A stretch of DNA of 64,000 bases, from IMG/VR virus record IMGVR_UViG_3300020411_003736, positions 1 through 64,000 of that record. One strand, given 5' to 3'. Position numbers and translations under genes: made by a program. The notes under the pieces are model-generated. The model searched no databases and was not told the DNA's origin. It worked only from the letters and a program-made list of their open reading frames with translations. The stretch comes from a virus. Shown in pieces: positions 10,101-19,335 of this stretch. Every line of letters begins with the position of its first letter. Positions within the stretch are counted from its first letter, which is position 1.

Positions 10101-11873
10101 GACATATGTTTCATAATTACCATTTGACTTTATTCGTATTGGAAACAAATCACCTTGCGGTAAAACAGATGCTGTTACATATCCACGATTAACTAAACCC
10201 TTTTCATCCACAATAGTTGGAAAAAAAGATGGTGTATGATATCCACTAGCATCCTTTATTCCATAAGCAAAACCATCACCAATACTACCACTTGTTGAAG
10301 CACTTATATAATTAGAACCCGATAAAATTTCATAATCATCATTTAATCCACCAACCCAATCATTTATAAGAATTATTTCTCCCCCAACCCCTAAAGTATT
10401 TAATGGTCTCCAATAATTTTGTTGAGCTCTTACTATATATCTCTTATATTCCGAACCAGTTGCTGTTGGATTTAAAAGAGAAGAACCACTAGCTGCTTCT
10501 TTAGGTACATTTACACTTTTATTATATTTGAAACCATCTAATGATTCATCACGATAAATTGGATTTGAAGATGAATTTTCTGTAGTGATATTATATGTTG
10601 TATCTGATTGTCTATCACCACTTAATATAAAAGATAAATAAACCCAATCATTTGTATTATAAAAAGGTGGTTGTGCTACATCATAAATGCCAGTAAACAT
10701 ATGAAGTTCATCATTTGAACTTGTAAAATGTGTTACTCTATCAAAACCATCAAAGTCTTGAAATGACTCTATAAAACCATGATTATTATTAAATTGCCCA
10801 CCAGCTAAATTTTTTCCTAAACTTGGTGCAGAAGATGTTGAATAACTTTGACCATCATTATATAAAAATTTCTCATATAGTGTGAATGTATCTTTTACTT
10901 CTTCTATTTTTTTAAATATCTTTTTTCTTTTTTCTTTAACATCAAAACTACTACTGTAAGATAATGAATTATTTATTGAGTTGTAATATCCTTCTAATGT
11001 AACAACCTTATCTTTAAAATTTTCTAATTTACTAACAGCTGAACCAAAATGTGTGTGATTTTTAAATTCAGTGAAATCTATATTTAGATTTAAATCTTTT
11101 TTATCTCTTTTGAATTCATCGAAAATTCTTTCACTTAAAGATCCAGTTATAGTATTAAATGATTCATAGGTATCTTCATCTAAATTATTATCTGCACTGG
11201 TACTAACATCAACAGCCAAAGCTTTGGCTTGTATTGCCAATCCCTCAATATCCTTAAAAAATATTTCATTTCTTTGTGTTGGAATAAATTTTCTTACTAC
11301 TTCAAATGATTGATATAATCTCCCTATTTCATTAGGTAATGGATTATTTAATTTAAAAATTAAAGTTGGTTCTTCATATGTTACCCTATCCTCAACAAAT
11401 GAATTTATTGGTATATATTGATTATTTGGTAATTCTAAATTACCCTCAAAGGTATAGAGATTTTCTGAATTAGTTAACCTCTCAAAAGATGATGATATAA
11501 AATTCTGATTATCACCATCATTTTTTGATTTCAATCTTATTTCAGTTCTAGTTGAAGAAATTTCATCAATATATAAATTTTCTGTAGAAACTTTTTGGAT
11601 AAAATCATATTGTAATTCGTAATTACCCTCTACTAATTGTGCTGAATCTAATTTATCATTTGGTTTAAAAATAATTGAACCATTATTTACATAATAATCC
11701 TCATCTTTGGTTAGTTCATAACTGTCAATATATGTACCCCTACTATAAACAGATAATTTAATAATATGTGTTTCATCAAATTCTGGTAAAGTATATAAAA
11801 AATCTTCTCTGTCATCTAAACTACCAGTAATAATTGACATAATATCAGAAGTGTAATCGTATCTTATATCCAT
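7113..11873 (-). CDS. Large baseplate/tail structural protein (1586 aa)
   Basis: Contains YIYKTKGSVESIKALL (YxxKGT/S motif of baseplate wedge/tail-I proteins) and a LamG-like region. Confidence 0.55.
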   Translation of the reverse strand: MDIRYDYTSDIMSIITGSLDDREDFLYTLPEFDETHIIKLSVYSRGTYIDSYELTKDEDYYVNNGSIIFKPNDKLDSAQLVEGNYELQYDFIQKVSTENLYIDEISSTRTEIRLKSKNDGDNQNFISSSFERLTNSENLYTFEGNLELPNNQYIPINSFVEDRVTYEEPTLIFKLNNPLPNEIGRLYQSFEVVRKFIPTQRNEIFFKDIEGLAIQAKALAVDVSTSADNNLDEDTYESFNTITGSLSERIFDEFKRDKKDLNLNIDFTEFKNHTHFGSAVSKLENFKDKVVTLEGYYNSINNSLSYSSSFDVKEKRKKIFKKIEEVKDTFTLYEKFLYNDGQSYSTSSAPSLGKNLAGGQFNNNHGFIESFQDFDGFDRVTHFTSSNDELHMFTGIYDVAQPPFYNTNDWVYLSFILSGDRQSDTTYNITTENSSSNPIYRDESLDGFKYNKSVNVPKEAASGSSLLNPTATGSEYKRYIVRAQQNYWRPLNTLGVGGEIILINDWVGGLNDDYEILSGSNYISASTSGSIGDGFAYGIKDASGYHTPSFFPTIVDEKGLVNRGYVTASVLPQGDLFPIRIKSNGNYETYVSDVRVSLKDPTNTHPFSPMYRPPSGSYGGSSEWNGWYDGMLSSASLYDTQNIHSLVNNIPEFLREDNQHKVLRDFINMISEEYDLLRNYIDNYLNITKLGYKNPNSIPDNLLPIVADSAGYELLSSLSSSLSDYIDSNKTEEIGTKDAINATWKKILNNLIYIYKTKGSVESIKALLNIHGFNSDAFNLREYGGSITEHNPTIITNDSQGLLDGLKNTSGSISFIENITPFLMLNVSSASNGHNRFGVDWFANSAEPNGLELVFNAEEPTSNVTQSLMRLSGSNNDLWNINLIPEHNTSTTKGKIQFRLNRTANGSGTTHFSMETPLIDNLFGDNIYNLILQRNSGSDFEDGFPLSQSYQMFVGRKNNDAIVDYHIVSMSISSSIGDGISKLMAKRANRNFRNSGSIASDGARIQNLLIGETVTGSIAEVRAWSAYLSSSKFKQHILNYESTVGGTITSSFSDIIYRYRLNEGYVNSDTNPDLASLNINDSNPNNVKNFTHLLTTQDKLNYRTVTTEQIFYSFGVRGRDDIQNDNTSNLYPELSSEANLNPNFESLTEPYNPTPGRFFSNNFGSSLSYVNAVDSLIFNIIPDFSIENEIGDYNSTLSDGYEDLKDLRKNLITNAEITVDVGKNQKSIENFISTLDEGQMSDLLPARTQLNFSYDVRNDVLFRSRIKNAKLTTELNANNVVGSSSLAEPTISTFVNDTVKDGNINVLTNELTLSSSKIDSYSYSYFDQRVAGFNPNGEVKSTNIYNVSSENLTIRGGEISGTNLYNLSSENLTIRSNAVSLNTVDLTNSINQSVYTLEPSDFKNIMLGSKNEFYKNHGKEPDKTWFKSANPGSGSTFNTYHYEDRFTFPTIGDTELYIPITASYTAGVRQKTNKHDEFEDFFNRQFIDAGNGYTYSTLHQPNPTIDGRMVGRTSYFSSSEGNIHYPSNHYLIARTSKDVLDNLIYKGTQHDGSNPTLDPTNTAPDVYHTQSAYTITSTGGNQLQLT

Positions 11874-14656
11874 TATATCGCTTGCTTAGTTTTATTTATT
11901 TCTGTTTGTGATGTATTCATAATACCTTTTTTTCTTATTGGAGTCTCTTCATTTTTTTTCTCTAATTCATAATCACCAATTAAAATAGCAGTTTTACTAG
12001 TTCCTATTGTATTTTGTAAAGTTGTAAAAGTTCTTTTTTCCGCATTTAATTCCATTGTGACATCCCTCTTAACATTATTATCAACTCTATCTATAAATAT
12101 ATTACTCACCAAAGTATTATCAAATGAACTACTATTAATATTAAAATCACCAATATGGTTCTCTAATCTCTTAACTCCTGAAAAAGTTCTTAATGTACCC
12201 AAATCAAATTTTTCAGGACTCTTACCCCACATACCATTTTCAAGTTGTTTTACAAATTCCTTATTTGCACCTCTATTTAGATAATCACCTGAACCATATT
12301 GATCTTTATCGTTTATCATTCTACTACTTTTTACATATTTAGAATCTTCATCCAAACCACCAACTATAATTTGATTCTTCCCCATTGGTAAAAATTTATA
12401 ATCCGTTCCACCGAATATCTCAAAGTCTTGTGTTGTTATTGTACCATCGTTAATTATTATATTCTTTGTTAAAAGTGTAGTGCTGAGTATATAAAACCCA
12501 TTTTTTGTATAACGAAAAATTAAAATCTTAATTGATTTTATTCCAGGAGTTATATATGTATGTTTTGTTTTTTCAGTTAGATGTTTAGCCCCCTTCTGTG
12601 TTTGTGCAAATAATTTATAAAAATAATTATTGCTAGTAGTTGGTGCTTCATTAATTTCAAAGTCTTCTTCATCATAAAATTTACTATAATACCGTTCCTC
12701 TAATTCCTCATCTGTTAATAATTTCTTCTCATCACCCCACTGTATTACCCTATATGAATAATATGATTCCGATGGGTTATCATCAAAATTATCAACTGCT
12801 GTATAATCCCCTCTATAATATTGATTTAAAAATTCATTATAATCATCTGGTGGTGTAACCATATCTAAATCTATTGTTGATGATTGATTATATAAACCCA
12901 GATTAACTTCAACAGTCAAAGGAAATGAAGTATTTTGATAATCATCTGTTTCCTCATCATAAAATAATAATGGTTTTTCCAAATCATTGATGTATGTGTT
13001 TACTACAAAATCTACTTCCTGAACATAAGGATTATCTTCAGATGTATAATCAGTTCTATATTGTAACTTATACAAATCCTCTCCATCTGATCTATGACCA
13101 AGTGATGTTAACTGGCTACTAAAATATGTTGAAATAGAATCTTGTAAGTAAATACTCATCTCACCAAATCCAGACTCAGCACCATCTACTTCCCCCTCTT
13201 CCACCATTCCATCCGTAACTGTGGGTGAAAATATCATTATATTATTATCAGGAATATGTTGATAAGCTCCCCAATCCGATTCCACTGACCACTTTTGTCC
13301 ATTATGAAAAGTACTTGGATAAGCAATACTGAAATGGTAGGGATTCAATTCCCAACGATCTATGTCAGACCCATCATCTGAATTAGGAAATATAAATGGG
13401 GAATGGTAATGCCTAACACGTTGAATTGTATGATTTTCCCCAGTGTCTGGATGATTAAAAGAATATGTAGCTGAGTCAGGTATATTCACTGTAAAAGGAA
13501 AAGAATCTGAATCTACTGGTATTTTTGGGTATAATCTATCATCATCAAGTACTCCCATTAATATTCTTCCTGGCCTTGGTGATCTCCAATAATCAGTACT
13601 ACCACCATCTCCAGCAAATGATTCATCACCAAATAAATCTATACCCACAACATACTCTATATCTTCATGCATAATAGTAAAATGTCTTGGAAAAAATATC
13701 TCATGAGTTGGTCTCTCCAAAACACCAGTACCAGCTATATCATATAGATATCTTGGATCATTCCAATCAGCTCCATTGGGCTCCCCTGAAAAAAGTGCTG
13801 AAAAGAGTGGATATATAGTATCTAAACTTTTTAGATTATTTGGTAGACTATCATAAATTGGTTCAGATAAATCAAATACATGAACTAATTGTTGTATTTT
13901 TTGTAATATATTTTCTGGAAACTTAAATTCAAATCTTTCGTATCTACTACTAACTTTTTGTTGTATATAAACCTCACCATCATCATAACTAATAAGTTCT
14001 CTATTCGGTAAAATAGCTTCACCATACCGACCATTCTGCATTGGTAGAACCGATCCATGATGGTTTATATCAAAATAATGTTGTAATATTTTAAATTGTC
14101 TATAATGAGTATGTCTATGATCCTGGTAATTACCATTTTTATCTATATATCCACCATTATTTGCTGGAGCTATAAGTCTCTTGTTACCAAAAGAATCAAA
14201 ATTCCATTGATTATTCTCATAAGTGCTCTGGTCAGGATCACTAGCTGGCACTCCTATTTGTGATAAATTACAAATTCTAAATTCAGGGTGTGCACCACCA
14301 CCAGACTTACCAACAATATTTACTATTTGATTATTATTATTTACATGAACTAAGTAACTTCCCAATGGTGCTGCATATGGATCTAGTAAGCCACCACGAA
14401 ACTCTTTTGTCCCAAATCTCATTCTAACAGGTCTTCCTCTTTGTGGTGGTTGATTTGGATCAAAAAGTTTATTCAATAATTCTTCATTTTGTAAATAACC
14501 TAAATTTAATTTTTCATTTCTATAAGATGTATTCCAAGAACCTAAACTAAATTTTTCGAAATCATCATAACCGATTCCATTTAATTTATCATCCTCATCC
14601 CAATAAATTCCAGGTTTATCTGGATTAGGTATTCTATCTTTTTTTATAAATCCCAT
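11873..14656 (-). CDS. Structural protein with PKD-like domain
   Basis: IQWGDE...HTYITPGIKSIK; C-terminus similar to the adjacent gene. Confidence 0.45.
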   Translation of the reverse strand: MGFIKKDRIPNPDKPGIYWDEDDKLNGIGYDDFEKFSLGSWNTSYRNEKLNLGYLQNEELLNKLFDPNQPPQRGRPVRMRFGTKEFRGGLLDPYAAPLGSYLVHVNNNNQIVNIVGKSGGGAHPEFRICNLSQIGVPASDPDQSTYENNQWNFDSFGNKRLIAPANNGGYIDKNGNYQDHRHTHYRQFKILQHYFDINHHGSVLPMQNGRYGEAILPNRELISYDDGEVYIQQKVSSRYERFEFKFPENILQKIQQLVHVFDLSEPIYDSLPNNLKSLDTIYPLFSALFSGEPNGADWNDPRYLYDIAGTGVLERPTHEIFFPRHFTIMHEDIEYVVGIDLFGDESFAGDGGSTDYWRSPRPGRILMGVLDDDRLYPKIPVDSDSFPFTVNIPDSATYSFNHPDTGENHTIQRVRHYHSPFIFPNSDDGSDIDRWELNPYHFSIAYPSTFHNGQKWSVESDWGAYQHIPDNNIMIFSPTVTDGMVEEGEVDGAESGFGEMSIYLQDSISTYFSSQLTSLGHRSDGEDLYKLQYRTDYTSEDNPYVQEVDFVVNTYINDLEKPLLFYDEETDDYQNTSFPLTVEVNLGLYNQSSTIDLDMVTPPDDYNEFLNQYYRGDYTAVDNFDDNPSESYYSYRVIQWGDEKKLLTDEELEERYYSKFYDEEDFEINEAPTTSNNYFYKLFAQTQKGAKHLTEKTKHTYITPGIKSIKILIFRYTKNGFYILSTTLLTKNIIINDGTITTQDFEIFGGTDYKFLPMGKNQIIVGGLDEDSKYVKSSRMINDKDQYGSGDYLNRGANKEFVKQLENGMWGKSPEKFDLGTLRTFSGVKRLENHIGDFNINSSSFDNTLVSNIFIDRVDNNVKRDVTMELNAEKRTFTTLQNTIGTSKTAILIGDYELEKKNEETPIRKKGIMNTSQTEINKTKQAI

Positions 14657-15795
14657 TAGAATGCTTGCTCACTATTTCTCTTTTCCATCAATTCAATATT
14701 ATCCTTTTCACCTTTTTGTACTCTTATCTTATCATCAAACTCAACAGAAAAATCAAATGTACCCTTTATTTCAAATTGAGATGTTCTATCAATTAAATCA
14801 TTCACAGTATCTTGATTGAAATCAATATCTAAAATCAAACTTTTTTCACCACCCCGACCTTCAGGTTCACCAATTGCTACATTCGTAAAACCATAAGAAG
14901 ATGTAACTTCATTTACAAATTTTCCAACTTTATTTATTTTTGGTAAAACAGGCCAATACCCATTTACCCAACTCTGTGTAGCACTATCATCAATATGATA
15001 TTCTTTATATTCTTCAATTAAAGCTTTTGAGCCTGATATAGGTTCTCTGTAAATACCATAATCAATTCCCTCTCTATCAGTCCATTTCCATTTCTTTGGA
15101 ATTATATTGTTCCAATATTCATCTTTATTTGGATCATTAGCTGGTGATGTATTATTAAAACCCAAGTGTTTATTCATCTTTCTAACACCAGTATACATTT
15201 TACAACTCCCAACATCTACATTATTCAAACCTGTAGTTTTTAAAATATCTTTATATTTTTTAGATGAATAATTATTATTAATCAATTCATCACCATCATA
15301 TATAGGTTTTGTATATGCATCCAAATATGTGTTATATAAATTTCCATCAAACTTCATCAGTGTATCTAAAATTTTTATTTTATCAAATTCATTATATTCT
15401 TCAATGTTAACTATATTGGTTTTAATTTCTTTATCGAAATTATATCCACCAATAACTAACATTGTTTTAAAATAAGTAGAATCTTCACTATAACCACCTA
15501 TCATAATAAAATCTTCTTCCTCAAAATATGGTGTATCATATGTATTGGATTCATTTATCACTATATTTGATTTAAACCTCTCCCATGTCATCACTTCTTT
15601 TTTGTCAGGATTATCGATATTATTTATAGCAAAAACTAAACCTGTAATAGTATAAAATCCAGGTTTATCATACACATGCTCAAACAAATCTATATCATCA
15701 TATAATCGTTTAGGTTTATCTGTAAATTGTGGATCCGAACCATCACCCCAATTTAAATTCATAACATAATATTCACCTATTCTTGTGTAAGACAT
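14656..15795 (-). CDS. Structural protein with PKD-like domain
   Basis: NWGDGS...HVYDKPGFYTIT. Confidence 0.5.
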   Translation of the reverse strand: MSYTRIGEYYVMNLNWGDGSDPQFTDKPKRLYDDIDLFEHVYDKPGFYTITGLVFAINNIDNPDKKEVMTWERFKSNIVINESNTYDTPYFEEEDFIMIGGYSEDSTYFKTMLVIGGYNFDKEIKTNIVNIEEYNEFDKIKILDTLMKFDGNLYNTYLDAYTKPIYDGDELINNNYSSKKYKDILKTTGLNNVDVGSCKMYTGVRKMNKHLGFNNTSPANDPNKDEYWNNIIPKKWKWTDREGIDYGIYREPISGSKALIEEYKEYHIDDSATQSWVNGYWPVLPKINKVGKFVNEVTSSYGFTNVAIGEPEGRGGEKSLILDIDFNQDTVNDLIDRTSQFEIKGTFDFSVEFDDKIRVQKGEKDNIELMEKRNSEQAF

Positions 15796-15796
15796 A

Positions 15797-18700
15797 TCAG
15801 TTTCCCTGACCTAATTCTGTGTTTATTAGCGACTCGGTGCGCTCCAGCGCATCATCATCACCATCCCCTGGCCGTTTTCCACCACCATCATTTCCACCAT
15901 CAGCAAATATTGCTCTAACACTAGCAGTTCCATCATCATAGTTACCACCATTATTCCATTTTAATTCAGGATCATCATATATCTCATACCTAAGATAATG
16001 TGGTCCGAATCCCACTATTCCTATCTCATTATCATCGTTTGAATCTTCCATACCAGTCCAATTCTCAACACTCCACCTAACGAATTCCTTTCCATCATCA
16101 GGAAAAGCTTGTATCATTTGAATTTGGTCTGAATGTGTCATTGTAAATACATAAACTCCATCACCATTTTGAGAAACTCCTGGAACATTTACTTCTCCAC
16201 CACTTCCACCATAAACCGTAACCTCTACAGGGTTACCATAATCCTCTGACACAGGTATATAATTTGCATGTAGTGTCAAATTAAGTATATCTTCACTTTC
16301 CCCATTTGCATCATTTGCCCATTGTATCGTTGTAGTACCCAAATCATATAAATTATCAATAATTATTGCATCTGTATTTGCATGTGGTGGTTGTATTTCC
16401 CAACCAGTAAATTCATATCCAGATTCTGATATAGCACTTATACTCACTTGTGATGGATAATCATCATCACTATCTGGTGCACTTAATATCAATTCAGTTC
16501 CTTCTGGTGGTGCAATATTATCATCCCTCGTAGAACTTAAAATTACTCTTACAAGACCCAATCCAACATATTGGTCTCCGCTATCAACTCCAACCATTGA
16601 TTCAACATAACTATCAGAACCAGGATAAAATAGAGTTCCTTGATTTGTATTTGGTGATTCGACTACTGCTCGAATTGCAAACTTATAATTTGTATTGAAT
16701 TTATATTCATCAAAAGTTGTATCAAAAGTAAATGTATTCACACCACCATTAACTGTACCAATATATTGATAATCTCCATAACCAATGTACTCTGACAAAT
16801 ATTCTGCCACATACAACTTATAACTAACCTGTTGTGCTACATCAATATCCCAATTATATCTTGTACCTACGCCTATGGTTTCATATTCCCATTTAAAAAC
16901 ATCTGATGGCATTACAGTCCATGATAAATCTATCTTACCAGTAAATACCCCATATTCTAAATTAAAATTATGTTGTGTAATAAAATAAAGTTTAGTTGCT
17001 GCAGTAACATCAAATGGTGCCTCTAAAGGGTGTCTATTGGCAAATGGATTATGATATCCAACATAATTATTTAAATCACTTTGTATATCACCTCTACCAC
17101 TCGTTCTTTTGATAATCTTCAAATAAACTTTATTATCTGAAGTTGCTTTATACTCCTCTTCATGTAATTTTTTATCATAATAAAAACATAAAGGATATAG
17201 TTTATCACCATCTAAAGTTTCTTTTTTTGTATATGCAAAAGCATCAACTGAAAATGTTTCTAACATTCTATCCCTCACCCCTTCAGGTCTTGTTGAATAG
17301 TTAGCCGTTATATCAGGCTCTACTAATTTTTCCTCATCTCCAAAAATTGCTGGATAAGTTGACCACTCTCTTTCAAACGAATCAACCATTTGTAAATCCA
17401 CATCTTTTATATTAGATTCAAGTTTTTCTGCATCAAAAGTATTTTGTTCCCAAAAATCTCGATTATTTTCAGTATAAGTTCCCAATGGAAATCTATTATC
17501 ATTTTCATATGATAAATTATCATCATCATGATCAATATAAATTTCCCTTCCTTGCCATGGGTGATTAACTACAGAAAAGGTGCTTATTTGTTCTTCCATA
17601 GCTGGTTTTGTTATTTGAAAATTAACATCAATATTTGCATCTATCAAATCTTCTAGTGATGAAGAAATCATACCATAAGATGAAAAATTAATTGGTAGTT
17701 CGTCTATCTGTGGTGTGAATGTTGTTGTTATTGTTTGACTCCAATTAACTATATATTCATCACTAATTGGTGGTGCTAACCTATATGATATATTACTATG
17801 AACCGATGTATTTTGGACATTATTATATTGTCCCTCACTTGGTATTTCAAAACTAAACCACATATCAAGAGTTGTGCCAGGATCATCCTCTCCCCAATTT
17901 TGAACAACTCCTTGAAATATTTCTGTCCCATCTATTCCAGGTACCTCTATACGATATTGTCTGTTAGGCATGTTCTCTCCATTCAAAGATGTACCGTACC
18001 AATCATAATAATTTGAACCATCATTTGAATCATAGTATGTGGTGAACCAACCTCTGTATGTTCTTTCAACTCCATCACCAATAGTAACAAGCCACCAAGC
18101 ATATTGCGGTGGGGAAGTTAAGTTATCTGCATTAACACCACCACCATAATACTGTCCATTGGTTAACCATTGCCACTGCCAAACATTTCCCGACATATCA
18201 GTGAAATTTTCATATAAAGTTGGTGTCCCACCACCATATTCCTCTGTTGGAAATTCGGGCATTCCATTTGGATACTCCACAGTAGTTTGAAATTTTCCTG
18301 AAGATAATTCTAATATTTCAAAAGGAAAATGATCTGATAAATCTTCTTGAATTGTAAATTTGGAATCATCAGCATATGTTGGTGTTAAATTTTCAATCTC
18401 AATCGATGGATTTTCTTCTTCTCCTTGCCAGATTTGAAGATTTTGTGTTTCAAATGGATTACCAGTTACCAAATCAACTTTAACATTATTATTGTTACTA
18501 TAAAACGCTACAGTCCTATCTGTCAAATCAGAGTTATAAGTTGCTTTAATAGAAGCAATACCACCAAACCAATCTGTAGTAACCTCAGGATTCCCTTCAC
18601 CCATACCATAATCACCACCAAAATCAATAATTCCATGAATTAAACTATCTGCAGTATGATGAATAAAATAGTGTGCTATATCTGTGCTATGTTGATAATA

Positions 18701-19327
18701 TTCAACACCAGTAATATTATCACTTTGATCATTCTGAAGAACGACACCTGTATTATATTGTGGTATTGTAAACCCAAAAGTTTGTGTACCATTTCCATTA
18801 TTTTGATTTACAAAAAAATCTGTGAAATCCTCATTCCAATTAGCATTTATATTGGTTGTTGACATATCATCAACTACTATTCTATACTGCGCCTCTCCAA
18901 TCCGTTTTAAAGTTCCCGTTCCACTAAGTTCAATGCTATCGTGATGTGTAATATCTTCTATATCCGATGAATATATTTGTGTATCAATTATTATTTCATT
19001 CGCTTGTTCATTTGGAACAGTTGTTATATTTACAGTCTCTTCTCTTGTAATACCATCATCATCTGTCAAACTTATAACAACATCACTCCACAAGTCTTGT
19101 GCATTAACTCTATCAGTTCCACTATATAATAATGATTGATTAGTTGATTCAATAGAATTAACAGTAATCATCTGTGATGGCGTCGCAATTGATCCGACAA
19201 TTGTAATAGTTTCCGCTGGCTCATAAGGTAAATCAATGGATGTAGATATAGATGAACTACCAACAGTTTGAAAATTGTAAGCTGTAAGGCTATCTAAACT
19301 TCTTCCATCTATATTAATATCAGACAT
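15797..19327 (-). CDS. Large acidic virion protein with FN3-like and InlB-B/Flg_new-like repeats
   Basis: DLSW..YKLY..YKFAIRAV (FN3-like); SGYEFTGWE and PDDGKEFVRWS repeats. Confidence 0.5.
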   Translation of the reverse strand: MSDINIDGRSLDSLTAYNFQTVGSSSISTSIDLPYEPAETITIVGSIATPSQMITVNSIESTNQSLLYSGTDRVNAQDLWSDVVISLTDDDGITREETVNITTVPNEQANEIIIDTQIYSSDIEDITHHDSIELSGTGTLKRIGEAQYRIVVDDMSTTNINANWNEDFTDFFVNQNNGNGTQTFGFTIPQYNTGVVLQNDQSDNITGVEYYQHSTDIAHYFIHHTADSLIHGIIDFGGDYGMGEGNPEVTTDWFGGIASIKATYNSDLTDRTVAFYSNNNNVKVDLVTGNPFETQNLQIWQGEEENPSIEIENLTPTYADDSKFTIQEDLSDHFPFEILELSSGKFQTTVEYPNGMPEFPTEEYGGGTPTLYENFTDMSGNVWQWQWLTNGQYYGGGVNADNLTSPPQYAWWLVTIGDGVERTYRGWFTTYYDSNDGSNYYDWYGTSLNGENMPNRQYRIEVPGIDGTEIFQGVVQNWGEDDPGTTLDMWFSFEIPSEGQYNNVQNTSVHSNISYRLAPPISDEYIVNWSQTITTTFTPQIDELPINFSSYGMISSSLEDLIDANIDVNFQITKPAMEEQISTFSVVNHPWQGREIYIDHDDDNLSYENDNRFPLGTYTENNRDFWEQNTFDAEKLESNIKDVDLQMVDSFEREWSTYPAIFGDEEKLVEPDITANYSTRPEGVRDRMLETFSVDAFAYTKKETLDGDKLYPLCFYYDKKLHEEEYKATSDNKVYLKIIKRTSGRGDIQSDLNNYVGYHNPFANRHPLEAPFDVTAATKLYFITQHNFNLEYGVFTGKIDLSWTVMPSDVFKWEYETIGVGTRYNWDIDVAQQVSYKLYVAEYLSEYIGYGDYQYIGTVNGGVNTFTFDTTFDEYKFNTNYKFAIRAVVESPNTNQGTLFYPGSDSYVESMVGVDSGDQYVGLGLVRVILSSTRDDNIAPPEGTELILSAPDSDDDYPSQVSISAISESGYEFTGWEIQPPHANTDAIIIDNLYDLGTTTIQWANDANGESEDILNLTLHANYIPVSEDYGNPVEVTVYGGSGGEVNVPGVSQNGDGVYVFTMTHSDQIQMIQAFPDDGKEFVRWSVENWTGMEDSNDDNEIGIVGFGPHYLRYEIYDDPELKWNNGGNYDDGTASVRAIFADGGNDGGGKRPGDGDDDALERTESLINTELGQGN

Positions 19328-19335
19328 TTTATAAC